From an uncultured Dehalococcoidales bacterium (GTDB lineage: Bacteria; Chloroflexota; Dehalococcoidia; GIF9; UBA5629): DNA of 64,000 nt. Position 1 is the stretch's first letter; each line of letters starts with the position of its first letter. Positions 38,338-47,980 of this stretch are shown piece after piece. The position numbers and the translations under genes were made by a program. The stretch spans positions 2,854-66,853 of the forward strand of contig CAZJQG010000009.1 in assembly GCA_964548415.1 (NCBI GenBank), written 5' to 3'. The notes beneath the pieces are model-generated. The model was not told the origin of the DNA. It saw only the letters and a list, made by a program, of their open reading frames with translations, and ran no database searches.

Positions 38338-39198
38338 ATGAAAATGGAAATTAAAAAGATTGCAGTTCTGGGAGCCGGCGTTATGGGACATGGCATCGCC
38401 CAGGTCTGCGCCCAGGCGGGCTACGAAGTCAACATGCGTGATATCAAAGATGAGTTCGTCCAGTCGGGGATATCCAAAATTAAAAAGTTCCTGAGCGGCA
38501 GCGTGGAGAAGCAGAGGATGACGCAGACCCAGGCCGATGAGATAGTGGGGTGCATAAAAGGCCTGACCGATTTGAAAGCATCAGTCGGAGATGTTGAACT
38601 GGTAATCGAAGCCATCAGTGAAGATATAAATATTAAGAAGGATATGTATAAAGAGCTTGACCAGATATGCCGTCCCGATACCATATTTGCTTCCAACACT
38701 TCGGCGCAGTCGATAACCGAGATGGCCATGGTAACAAAGCGACCTGATAAGTTCATCGGCATGCACTGGTTCAACCCGGCCCAACTGATGCGTGGCGTCG
38801 AGGTGGTGGTGCAGGCCAAAACCTCTGACGAGACCAGGGATACGATAGTCGACCTGTGCAAGAAGCTGGGCAAGGAGCCCGGTGTTTGTCAGGACTCGCC
38901 GGGTTTCGTGGTCAACAGGCTGCTTCAAATCTGGTACAACGAAGGTCTTAATATGTACGACGAAGGTATAGCTGAGCCAATAGATATAGATTCGGCTTTG
39001 AAGGTAGGCTACAATTTCCGGATGGGTCCATTCGAGCTGCGCGACCTGGTTGGCATGGATATCGGCTACGCCAGTACCACCACGCACTACAGAGAGTTGA
39101 TGCGCGAGCAGTTCCGGCCGCCCAGATGTTTGATCATGAAGGTTAAAGCCGGAGACCTGGGTAGGAAGACCGGCAAGGGATTCTATGAGTATAAATAA
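38338..39198 (+). CDS. hbd: 3-hydroxybutyryl/3-hydroxyacyl-CoA dehydrogenase
   Basis: GAGVMGHGIAQ, ASNTS, GMHWFNP, PGFVVNR, MGPFEL, GRKTGKGFY. Confidence 0.93.
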   Translation: MKMEIKKIAVLGAGVMGHGIAQVCAQAGYEVNMRDIKDEFVQSGISKIKKFLSGSVEKQRMTQTQADEIVGCIKGLTDLKASVGDVELVIEAISEDINIKKDMYKELDQICRPDTIFASNTSAQSITEMAMVTKRPDKFIGMHWFNPAQLMRGVEVVVQAKTSDETRDTIVDLCKKLGKEPGVCQDSPGFVVNRLLQIWYNEGLNMYDEGIAEPIDIDSALKVGYNFRMGPFELRDLVGMDIGYASTTTHYRELMREQFRPPRCLIMKVKAGDLGRKTGKGFYEYK

Positions 39199-39201
39199 AA
39201 G

Positions 39202-39289
39202 GTGTCATTGGAAGCCAAGCGAATAATCTCGGGAGTGTGACGAGATTGCCACCTCGTCCCGATTTTATCGGGACTCCTCGCAATGACAC
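39202..39289. repeat. REP-like composite palindrome (GTCATTG...CAATGAC)
   Basis: Outer inverted repeat GTGTCATTG/CAATGACAC, inner AATCTC/GAGATT and a GTCCCGAT/ATCGGGAC hairpin. Confidence 0.7.
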
Positions 39290-39355
39290 AGAGCTTGTGG
39301 TTTTACAGACATTAATAGCCGGTGTTAAACTCAATGGCGTAACTAGGAGAGAGCT

Positions 39356-40027
39356 ATGAAAATCAACGTTATGACGGATATACTGGAGGCCAACGACCGT
39401 ATAGCTACGGCTAATTCGGAGGCCTTTAAAGAGAACGGTAACCTGGTGCTTAACCTTATTAGCTCACCGGGCTCGGGTAAAACGAGCTTGCTCGAGAAAA
39501 CCGGCGATGCCTTAAAAGGCAAACTTCGGCTAGGTGTTATTGCTGGTGACATCGAGACGATGAGGGATTCAGAGCGGCTGCAGAAGCATAAGATACCGGC
39601 GGTGCAGCTAACCACAGGCAGCGCCTGCCATCTGGATGCCAATATGGTTGCCTCGGCGCTGCCACATGTGGACCTGAAGAAAACGGACGTTCTGGTGATT
39701 GAAAACGTAGGCAATCTGGTCTGTCCTGCGGAGTTCAAGGTAGGAGAGGACCACAAGATTGTGATACTCAGTGTCACCGAGGGTGACGAAAAACCATTGA
39801 AGTATCCGCTGGTGTTTCGCGAGTCCTCACTGCTGCTGATAAACAAAATCGATCTGCTGAAATATACCAATTTCAATTTAAAAGAAGCCAAAGCAAATGC
39901 CAGACGCGTACATCCCGACCTGGAAATTATTGATGTCTCCTGCGTAACCGGCGAAGGGATGGACGAATGGATAGCTTGGCTTAATCGGCAGTATCAAAAG
40001 AAGTTCGGGACCAAACCCCGTGCATGA
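39356..40027 (+). CDS. hypB: Hydrogenase nickel incorporation GTPase HypB
   Basis: SSPGSGKTSL, ACHLDA, ENVGNLVCPA, EGDEKPLKYP, NKIDL. Confidence 0.97.
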   Translation: MKINVMTDILEANDRIATANSEAFKENGNLVLNLISSPGSGKTSLLEKTGDALKGKLRLGVIAGDIETMRDSERLQKHKIPAVQLTTGSACHLDANMVASALPHVDLKKTDVLVIENVGNLVCPAEFKVGEDHKIVILSVTEGDEKPLKYPLVFRESSLLLINKIDLLKYTNFNLKEAKANARRVHPDLEIIDVSCVTGEGMDEWIAWLNRQYQKKFGTKPRA

Positions 40028-40361
40028 GATGGCGATAGCCCGAAACATCGTCAATATCGCTGTCGCCGCCGCCGAAAAAGAAGGCGCCACTAAAATCACC
40101 CGGATTAATGTGGTGGCTGGTGAATTACGGGGAATCGTTCCGGAGCAGCTTACCTTTAGCTTCGGGCTGATGGCAGAGAATACCATCGCCAGCGGCGCTT
40201 ATCTTAACCTCGAGATAACTCCGGTCGTGTGCAGATGCCGTAAGTGCCAGGATGAGTTCGTGGTTAAAGGTTACCACTATCTCTGTACTAAATGCGGAAG
40301 CCAAGACGTCGAGACACTTAGCGGCATGGGATTGCGCGTTAAGGACATTGAGGTAGATTAA
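40020..40361 (+). CDS. hypA: Hydrogenase maturation nickel metallochaperone HypA
   Basis: MHE N-terminus, GEL, CRKC...CTKCGS. Confidence 0.96.
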   Translation: MHEMAIARNIVNIAVAAAEKEGATKITRINVVAGELRGIVPEQLTFSFGLMAENTIASGAYLNLEITPVVCRCRKCQDEFVVKGYHYLCTKCGSQDVETLSGMGLRVKDIEVD

Positions 40362-40389
40362 CTCGACTGGTCTACTTACCGGCTTCAGC

Positions 40390-41580
40390 TTAACTTTTTT
40401 CGAGGTACCTTCCCAGGATGGCTACAGCGCTGACCTGCGGCGGGCCGCCAAAGGTATGAGATAGTCCAAGCTTCACATCCTTAAGCTGTCGTTCCGGAAG
40501 CTGTGCCTTGCCCTGAATTTGTTTGTAGACCTCGTAGGTCATTCTAAGACCGCTGGCGCCTACCGGATGGCCGAAGCACTTGAGGCCGCCATCCGCGTTG
40601 ACCGGCAAGCCTCCGGTAAGCTCGAAGAAGCCGGCGTCTATGTCCTCTTTGGCCTTGCCCTTGGGACTGAAGCCGAAGTTCTCGTAAATAGCCAGTTCGG
40701 TAATGGTGAAGCAGTCGTGGACCTCGGCGATATCGAGCTCCTCGCGTGGATTCTTTATGCCGGCCTGCTCGTAGGCCTGGTGGGATGAGTTCTGTAAAGC
40801 ATCCCAGTTTACCCAGTCAAAGTTCGGGCGGGCGTGTGGCAGGAGGGGGTCGAAGGACTGGCCCAAACCTTTTATATAAACGGGATCGGAGCGAAATTTC
40901 TTGGCCTGGCTAGACGGGACCAGTATGGCCGCAGCGGCGCCATCGCTGTTGCCGCAGCAGTCAAACAGGCCGAGCGGCCAGGCGATAATCGGCGCGTTCA
41001 TTACCTGCTCCAGCGTGATTTTATTTCGAAAATGGGCTTTAGGGTTCATGCTGCCATTGTTATGGTTTTTAACGGCGATTTTACCGATGGTCTTTTTACC
41101 TTCCTCGGGGCTAAGATTGTAAGTATAGAAATATCTGGTAGCGATAAGTGAGAAGCTGCCGGGTGAAGTGCGCCGTGCTTCCAGAACGGGTCCCATGCCG
41201 CGACCTGTGCCCAGCCCGGGAAATCCGGTATCCTTTAGCTTTTCCACTCCCAGGGCAAGAACCACGTCGTACATTCCCGAGGCAATTCCGAAGCAGGCAT
41301 TACGCAGTGCCTCGTGGCCGGTGATGCACCAGTTTTCCACGCGGGTCATAGGAATCCGTAACTTCAGCGAATTACAGGCGTGGGTAGCACCGATGCCGGT
41401 CGCCGGCGCGGTTACCGTGCCGAACCAGCAGGCCTGTATATCCTTGGGCGATATGCCGGCGTCCTCATATGCTTCATAGGCTGCCTCGATAGCCAAATCG
41501 TCGAGGCCGGAGCTCCAGCGCTCGCCGAACTTGGTGCAGCCCATGCCTACTATGGCAACTTTATCTTTAATACTTTCCAT
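40390..41580 (-). CDS. Acetyl-CoA acetyltransferase (SCP2/archaeal-type thiolase)
   Basis: RVENWC (nucleophile Cys), SDGAAA, EVHDCF, GHPVGASG. Confidence 0.92.
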   Translation of the reverse strand: MESIKDKVAIVGMGCTKFGERWSSGLDDLAIEAAYEAYEDAGISPKDIQACWFGTVTAPATGIGATHACNSLKLRIPMTRVENWCITGHEALRNACFGIASGMYDVVLALGVEKLKDTGFPGLGTGRGMGPVLEARRTSPGSFSLIATRYFYTYNLSPEEGKKTIGKIAVKNHNNGSMNPKAHFRNKITLEQVMNAPIIAWPLGLFDCCGNSDGAAAAILVPSSQAKKFRSDPVYIKGLGQSFDPLLPHARPNFDWVNWDALQNSSHQAYEQAGIKNPREELDIAEVHDCFTITELAIYENFGFSPKGKAKEDIDAGFFELTGGLPVNADGGLKCFGHPVGASGLRMTYEVYKQIQGKAQLPERQLKDVKLGLSHTFGGPPQVSAVAILGRYLEKS

Positions 41581-41592
41581 TTCTAGAGCCTC

Positions 41593-43014
41593 CTATCTTA
41601 CGGGTCGACATTTCCAGAAGTAGTTGTACATGCCGCCCCCTTCATAAATTCGTCTAAACGTCATCTCCACTGGCATATCGATCTTTATTGTCCTGGGATC
41701 GCAATCGGTCATGATGCAGTAAATCCTGGCTTTTTCAAGGTCGGACTCTATAACCATCTGAGGAATAACGGGGTCATCGCTCCGGCCGGCCAGGTTGTCC
41801 AGTGAGAAGGTAAATACCTTGCCTTTTTTGTCCGAGAGCCTGACCTCTTCGAAGTCATCCTTGGACTGGCACTGGTAGCAGATGCGCTGTATGGGGAAGG
41901 TAACCGTCCCGCAGCTCTTGCACTTGCTGCCGTGGAGCCTGAGAGACCAGTTGCGGTCACGCCAGCTCACGCTGGCCGATGGAAACAGGCGGAAGGCTTC
42001 TCCCGGCTGCGGTTCCAGTATGCCTCGATAGCTCAGGAATCGCTCGTAGGTCGCCAGGGGCAGCTTGGAAGCCAGGAATCCCTTAACACCACGACGTCCG
42101 CTGGCCTTCGCCTCAGCTGTCACCTCGATTAGGAATGCATCGCTTCCATCGCCGTAGCTGGCGACGAGCAGGTTGTCACCGGCCTTGGCTTCTTCAAGAG
42201 CTGCTGCTAGGAGCAGCAAGGTGTGGGCGCACCCGCAGATGCCGACGTTGCTTGTCAGCAGGTCCTGCAGCTGTGACTTGGGGTCGAAGCCAAGCTGCCT
42301 GGCTAGCTGCTGCTGCGTTCGGGGGTTCGGCCCGTAAAGTACAGCTTTGGCTATAGAAGCCGGCGTCAGGTTCTGCTTTTTCAACAGGCCGTTTATGGCT
42401 TTGGACATGTTTTCGTTGTAGCCGTGCTCCACGATGAAACGGTCTTCCCAGGACTGCACGAATTTATCGGTGTCCAGCCTCCACACATCATACATCTCAT
42501 TGGCTACCGAATGGCTGGCTTTAACGTTGGCGATCGGTTTTCCCTTTTTACTGATGAGGAAGGCTGCAGCGGCATCGCCAAAGTGCTGCTCGTAGTCGGA
42601 GCGTGGGTAGGCCAGGCGGCAGTCGGAAGCGACCACGATTATATTTTCGGCCGAGCCACCGTTCACCGCATCCAACGCCGCTCTGAATGCCGAGGTGCCA
42701 GCACGCAAGCTGTTGCCAAAATCCGCAGTAATAATGTCCGTCTTTAGATCAGCGGCGCCGGCAATCATGGCGGCGCACTGTTTTTCCTTGAACGGCGCTG
42801 TGGTGGATGCAAAATATAAGCCGTCGATTGTATCTCTGTCGACTCCCGAGAGACAGTCGAGCACGGCCTCGACGGCCATGGTTAATGTATCCTCGTCATT
42901 ATTAGCCACGCTGCGTTCACCGCCGAAGGATGCTCTGCCCCAGGCGGCACCGATCGCGTCCCGGTTCAAGCGCCAGATGGGGATGTAAGCTCCGTACGAT
43001 GTTATTCCGGACAT
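41593..43014 (-). CDS. HMG-CoA synthase-like domain fused to DUF35 Zn-ribbon/OB-fold
   Basis: YGAYIP..RL, EDTLTMAVEA, GDAAAAF, SYGDG. C-terminal CKSC..CYQC and VEMTFRR..NYFWK. Confidence 0.88.
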   Translation of the reverse strand: MSGITSYGAYIPIWRLNRDAIGAAWGRASFGGERSVANNDEDTLTMAVEAVLDCLSGVDRDTIDGLYFASTTAPFKEKQCAAMIAGAADLKTDIITADFGNSLRAGTSAFRAALDAVNGGSAENIIVVASDCRLAYPRSDYEQHFGDAAAAFLISKKGKPIANVKASHSVANEMYDVWRLDTDKFVQSWEDRFIVEHGYNENMSKAINGLLKKQNLTPASIAKAVLYGPNPRTQQQLARQLGFDPKSQLQDLLTSNVGICGCAHTLLLLAAALEEAKAGDNLLVASYGDGSDAFLIEVTAEAKASGRRGVKGFLASKLPLATYERFLSYRGILEPQPGEAFRLFPSASVSWRDRNWSLRLHGSKCKSCGTVTFPIQRICYQCQSKDDFEEVRLSDKKGKVFTFSLDNLAGRSDDPVIPQMVIESDLEKARIYCIMTDCDPRTIKIDMPVEMTFRRIYEGGGMYNYFWKCRPVR

Positions 43015-43115
43015 AAGAAGCCTCCTCTTATAATGAATTTGTAAGGCATGGGAAGATTTTTAATATAAATCGGGTAAGTAAAAACCCGATCCTGAATAAT
43101 ACCATTTTTTTCTAA

Positions 43116-44123
43116 CTATTTCGCCTTTTTCTCTTTCTGCTCCATGACCAGGAACCGCGCTAACCGGTCGAGTTTAAAAATGGTATTAAACTCAAGGTTT
43201 TTGCTTATCCACAGCTTCTTGGTGATAATGGAATCGGTAATAGAGCCTTTATACATGAGGCCGTCGGCAAGAGTTTTCACGTCTTCACAGGCCATGACGA
43301 AGTCAGGCGAGGACAGCTTCTTTTCTTCAATCTTGAAGTTACCATCGTCGATAAGCATGGCCAATTCACCGGCCCCGGTCTTGACGGCTATTTTGCGCTT
43401 CCAACCTTCAATTGCCCTGCGGGCGCGCTTCGACTGGCTCATTTTCACTGCCAGCGCCTGCATCTCCTTGACCGACTGTTTGAAGTCAGCCTTATCCTTT
43501 TCGGTGGCTTTCGGGAACTGCGGCTCTTTGGGTGCCTCCCAGTTTATTTCAGATTCCAATAGTCCCTTTTTAGCCGCTTGCTCATTGGTCAGTTCCGATG
43601 CGGGTACACAGAAGATATCCGATATCTGGCCTACGCGCTCATTTCTGAAAACCACCTTGACCTTAGTGCCTTTTTTGATCAGGCCGGGGACCAGTATTCC
43701 GGTCGTGGTGTAAAGCATAACACTCAATGCGGTATCCGCTCCTTCCAGTATGACGCGGCCTCGACCGAATGGAGCTTTGTCGGCAAACATCGAGGTGGCG
43801 AAATATGTGATGGGCGGGGTCGAGTTCATGACACCGACCTGGCCCACTTCCAGCAGTTTGGTCGGCGCGAAGTCGCAGTCCGGACAGTGGGTCATCATCG
43901 GCGGCACCCTGACCAGGCCGCATCTGGTACACTTGCAGCCGAGTAGTTTCCTGTCGTCCCTGATGCCCAGAAAGAAAGGCGATAGTTCCCCGGCGGTCCG
44001 CTGGTAAAAGGTGAACATGGCATCGTTCTGCAACAGGTAATCCTGTTTGTCGATGGTGACGACTTTGCTGCTTACTTCCGGTATAAACTCGTCGGGTATA
44101 ATTTTTTGTTTCTTTGACGTCAT
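43116..44123 (-). CDS. DUF35 Zn-ribbon/OB-fold protein with C-terminal SCP2-like domain
   Basis: FF.GI..LLGCKCTRCG..PP..CPDC, KVKVVF. C-terminal PDFVM..TL..L...ITKKLWI resembles SCP2. Confidence 0.75.
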   Translation of the reverse strand: MTSKKQKIIPDEFIPEVSSKVVTIDKQDYLLQNDAMFTFYQRTAGELSPFFLGIRDDRKLLGCKCTRCGLVRVPPMMTHCPDCDFAPTKLLEVGQVGVMNSTPPITYFATSMFADKAPFGRGRVILEGADTALSVMLYTTTGILVPGLIKKGTKVKVVFRNERVGQISDIFCVPASELTNEQAAKKGLLESEINWEAPKEPQFPKATEKDKADFKQSVKEMQALAVKMSQSKRARRAIEGWKRKIAVKTGAGELAMLIDDGNFKIEEKKLSSPDFVMACEDVKTLADGLMYKGSITDSIITKKLWISKNLEFNTIFKLDRLARFLVMEQKEKKAK

Positions 44124-44139
44124 TGTTACACCTCCTCGG

Positions 44140-45336
44140 TTATTCGTGTTCCAGCACAGCGCAGGCCGTATACTGGGAAATAGTGCTTCCCGTACCGTGA
44201 ACTATGGCGGTTTTTAGTTTTCGGTCTATCAACTCTTTTCTGGCAGACCAGGCGGACATGATGTTGCTGGCGCCGACTGCATGGCCGCAGTACGTTAGGC
44301 CGCCGCAGGGATTTACCAGGTACTTGCCGCCGGGCAGCATCAGGCCGTCTTCAATTAGCGAGTCAACCGTTTCGTAAGGGACCAGGCCGAACTCCGCCAG
44401 GGTTATTTCCAGCTGATGCACAAAGGCATCGTGCAATTCCACTACCTGTATCGTTTTTGTCGGGTCCTTGATTCCCGCCATTTCATAGGCGCGGCGTGAG
44501 CCTACGTAATCCGAGACGATATGCGACATGTCTTTCTGGTTTTTACCGGCGAAGGAATGCTCGTTGGCTTCGCCCAAGCCGGTGATCCAGATTATCGGCT
44601 TGCCCGTGTTCTTGGATATGGCTTTGGCGGTTTCCTCCTCAGCCAGTATTAAAGCCGCCGCGCCCTCGCTGTAAACGCAGATTTCCAGCTCCTTGAAGGG
44701 GTAGACGATATATCTTGAGTTCATCACCTCTTCGGGAGTCACCTGATCGAACTGCCGTTGAGCGTATGGATTGCTCCTGGCCATCTCGCTGAGCAGCGAT
44801 GAGATACGGGCGGTGACTTCTGGTTTGAGTGTGCCGGGGTAGGCATCCATGTAGCCCAGGACCACCTCGGCGTAACTGTCCGAAGCGCTCCAGCCTATCT
44901 TCTGTTCGAAAAAGCTGTCACCCGACCAAGCGATGCTTTTGATTACTTCGGGAGTGGCCGACATCGACGAGAAATCGAAGCAATCGGTGGCTTTTTCAAC
45001 ACCGAGCACCAGGGCTGTCTTGAACCTTTCTCCGGCCAGGTAAGCGTGCGCCGCTGACAGCGTATAGGCTCCGGTGGCACCACCGTTGGACACGCGGATG
45101 CCGAACTTATTCTGCAGACCGATTATGCCCTGGAGCGGGCTCTCCGGAATACAGGCCCTTTCGAAGATGTCGTTGTAGATTCCGTAGAACACGGAATCTA
45201 CGTCCTTGATGGAAATAGCCGCGTCGGCGACCGCTTCCCTGGTGGCCATCTGTGCCAGCTCATAGTAGGTTTTTTGATACCATCGGCTTCGGAACGGCGT
45301 AATGGCGGCGCCCACAATACCAACTCGTTTTGCCAT
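44140..45336 (-). CDS. Thiolase-fold protein lacking catalytic cysteines
   Basis: Thiolase architecture (LGVEK, SEGAAAL, VNPCGG, GHAVGAS), but RVSNGGATG and VELHDAF occupy the two Cys positions. Confidence 0.85.
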   Translation of the reverse strand: MAKRVGIVGAAITPFRSRWYQKTYYELAQMATREAVADAAISIKDVDSVFYGIYNDIFERACIPESPLQGIIGLQNKFGIRVSNGGATGAYTLSAAHAYLAGERFKTALVLGVEKATDCFDFSSMSATPEVIKSIAWSGDSFFEQKIGWSASDSYAEVVLGYMDAYPGTLKPEVTARISSLLSEMARSNPYAQRQFDQVTPEEVMNSRYIVYPFKELEICVYSEGAAALILAEEETAKAISKNTGKPIIWITGLGEANEHSFAGKNQKDMSHIVSDYVGSRRAYEMAGIKDPTKTIQVVELHDAFVHQLEITLAEFGLVPYETVDSLIEDGLMLPGGKYLVNPCGGLTYCGHAVGASNIMSAWSARKELIDRKLKTAIVHGTGSTISQYTACAVLEHE

Positions 45337-45390
45337 ATTTTGACCTCCCTTGCTTCCGGTTTCGATCCTGCGTGCATTACCGGACTTAGA

Positions 45391-47181
45391 TTACATTTTA
45401 TCGGGCAACCAGTAACCCGTGAAAAACCCTCTGGGGTCGAATAACCTGAGCAGAGTTAATTCCTCTTTAGTAGGCGGTTGTGCTTTTTTCAGTTTTGGCG
45501 ATATGTCCAGTTCCCAGCCCACTTTGTCCCTCATGGCAGCTATGGCGTCATCAGCTTTCTGGCTTGGGTTCGAAGGAATGTAAGAAGTGAGTGTAAAGGT
45601 ATCGTCATCACCAAGTTTCTCGAAGACGCCGACATCTGTAACGAGAGTTCTTACTTTCTTGCCTGGGAAGGTTATATACGGAACTTTTTCCACCAGCCTG
45701 GGCTTACCCGAGTTGATGACGACTACGGTTTCCCGGTTATTTGTGGCTATATCGTTGGCGCCTCCGGAACCGACCAGGTAAGTCACGCCGGGAATTAGTG
45801 TGGAGTTTCCGTTGCCGAATTTATCCACCTGTCCCGCCGCCAGGACGCCCATACAGCTATTTGTGGGGCCGCTAACAAACACCCCCAGCATAGTCTCTAT
45901 GTTGTTCAGGATTTTGCAGGTCTGTATATTATGGTAGCTGAAAATAGAGGGGTCAGAGGCCCTGGGCAGGTAACCGTACATACCAACTTCGGCCATCAGG
46001 TCGACTTCATGATTTTGCGACCTGAGCTGGTGGATAGCCAGCCAGGTAGCCAGGTTGGACAGCCCGAGTCCGGTTAATATAGTTCTGTATCCAGCGGCCA
46101 GGTATTTATCGGCGATTACGTGTGCGCCGGTTACCACCATTGTTTCTGTTGGATTTGGCGGCTTATTGAAATCTATCTTGGGTATCTCAGCCGTTATTTC
46201 CGCTTTCCAGGAATCGGAGTGAGCCTTGCCTCTGAGGTAAAGCAGCCGGTCTCTACCGACTTTCTCCAGGTATTCGCGATGGTCTTTGCAGTCCAGTATC
46301 CAGTATTTTATCCAGTCCAGAAATTTCTTTTCGTCCCGTGATGCCATTCTGACGTCGGTGACGAAGTCGTAGTCATCGAAGTAATGCTCGAACTCCGGTA
46401 ATCCGCGGTTACTCATACCGCCGGGATGAGCGCCGTAAGGAATCTCGCACACCGCTTTGACCATATATGACGGGATACGGACGAGATGCGAGTGGCGGCG
46501 TATGTAGTCGGTGGAAACGATTTTCTCAGCGCCGACGATAACTCCGCTTTTGGCTCCCCAGGCGCCGAATACATCACCGCTTAGCGGATATGGCAGAATT
46601 AAATTGCCACAACGGTCAGCCACCAGGCCGTGAATAAGCGCGATGTCTGGCCTTAGTTCCTTGACCAGCCCTATTTTTTCTGCAGGATTAAACGGGTCGG
46701 TAATAACTTTGAATGAGTCCTTATTTTCCTTCTCCATAGAACTGCCGATAATGGACCTGGTCGGACTGAAGCCCCAGCCCATAGCGCCCGCGAGGAGCCG
46801 TTGCGGCACTGTGAGCATCGTCCAGTTCTCGAACTCAACTTTACCTGATAAAAAGGCTTTCTGGATGACCGGATTCGGCCCGGAGCTGGGATAACCATCG
46901 CCGGCGAAACTGATGATGGCCTTCTTTACCATTCTGCCCTGCAGCAAAGCAATAACGGTAGCGGCCAGGTTATTTATGATGGTGAACTGTGGGTCTTTCC
47001 CCCAGAATTCCCTGACGAGTTGATAGAATAAAGCCCCGCCGCGTCCGGCGAAATGGATGCTCATTCCCCTTTTTACGTTTTGGCGGATGGCCTCCTCGAC
47101 GGTGCAGAGCTTGTCTTCGCCTTCGACTACGGGCAGCCGGAACTTTGAGTCTATGATGGCGTTTAGTTCTTCGATGTTCAT
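45391..47181 (-). CDS. Fused alpha/beta CoA-transferase (glutaconate CoA-transferase GctAB-like)
   Basis: RPDIALIH..AD..GN, PYGAHP, AEVG, QVDKFGNGNS, GSGGANDI, VTDVGVF, LRLFDP. Confidence 0.88.
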   Translation of the reverse strand: MNIEELNAIIDSKFRLPVVEGEDKLCTVEEAIRQNVKRGMSIHFAGRGGALFYQLVREFWGKDPQFTIINNLAATVIALLQGRMVKKAIISFAGDGYPSSGPNPVIQKAFLSGKVEFENWTMLTVPQRLLAGAMGWGFSPTRSIIGSSMEKENKDSFKVITDPFNPAEKIGLVKELRPDIALIHGLVADRCGNLILPYPLSGDVFGAWGAKSGVIVGAEKIVSTDYIRRHSHLVRIPSYMVKAVCEIPYGAHPGGMSNRGLPEFEHYFDDYDFVTDVRMASRDEKKFLDWIKYWILDCKDHREYLEKVGRDRLLYLRGKAHSDSWKAEITAEIPKIDFNKPPNPTETMVVTGAHVIADKYLAAGYRTILTGLGLSNLATWLAIHQLRSQNHEVDLMAEVGMYGYLPRASDPSIFSYHNIQTCKILNNIETMLGVFVSGPTNSCMGVLAAGQVDKFGNGNSTLIPGVTYLVGSGGANDIATNNRETVVVINSGKPRLVEKVPYITFPGKKVRTLVTDVGVFEKLGDDDTFTLTSYIPSNPSQKADDAIAAMRDKVGWELDISPKLKKAQPPTKEELTLLRLFDPRGFFTGYWLPDKM

Positions 47182-47404
47182 AGCTTTTCGCCAGGACTTT
47201 TGTGGAGGTCTAAATTTCAGTTATTTTTAGAGAGTCAAGCAACCGACAACGGCTCTTATTTGATGGTTTCCGGGACTTTTCAGATGTTAGCATCTGCCTC
47301 GTTGGCTGTCAATGTCATTTTCCTGAACTATCTTGATTAAATCCAAGCATATTTCCGTCGTTTGCATTTAAAAGAAACATGCTGCTACAATGTCTTTCGA
47401 AGCT

Positions 47405-47980
47405 ATGGTGCTCAGCGACAGGACTATAAAAGCCGAAATTTCCAGGGGCAGAATCATTATTGAGCCTCTCAGTGAGGACTGCATCCAGCCTGCCAGCGTC
47501 GACCTCCATCTGGATAGAAAACTTCTAATTTTTAAGTCACAGCGGTATCCCACATATATAGATGTCAGGCACAATATGGACTATATGAATGAGTTGGTAG
47601 AAATCGAAGAAGACAGTCCATTTTTTCTCAATCCGGGCGAGTTTGTCCTAGCCAGTACTTTGGAATCCATAACGCTGCCCGATGATATCGTGGCCAGGCT
47701 GGAAGGTAAAAGCTCGCTGGGTAGGATAGGGCTACTGATTCATTCAACCGCTGGTTACGTTGATCCGGGATGGAGCGGGAACCTGACACTGGAGCTATCC
47801 AATGTGGCTAAATTGCCGATTACGCTTTACTATAAAATGAAAATCGGGCAGATATCTTTTCTCAGGTTAACGTCTCCTGTCGATAGGCCTTACGGAGCAG
47901 CTGAGCTGGGCAGTAAATATCAGGGACAGACCGAACCAACCGCCAGCAGGTATCACGAAAACTTCGTAAAGGGGACTTAG
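47405..47980 (+). CDS. dcd: dCTP deaminase
   Basis: MVLSD, IQPASVDL, EGKSSLGRIGL..HSTAGYVDPG, IGQISF, SKYQGQ. Confidence 0.96.
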   Translation: MVLSDRTIKAEISRGRIIIEPLSEDCIQPASVDLHLDRKLLIFKSQRYPTYIDVRHNMDYMNELVEIEEDSPFFLNPGEFVLASTLESITLPDDIVARLEGKSSLGRIGLLIHSTAGYVDPGWSGNLTLELSNVAKLPITLYYKMKIGQISFLRLTSPVDRPYGAAELGSKYQGQTEPTASRYHENFVKGT

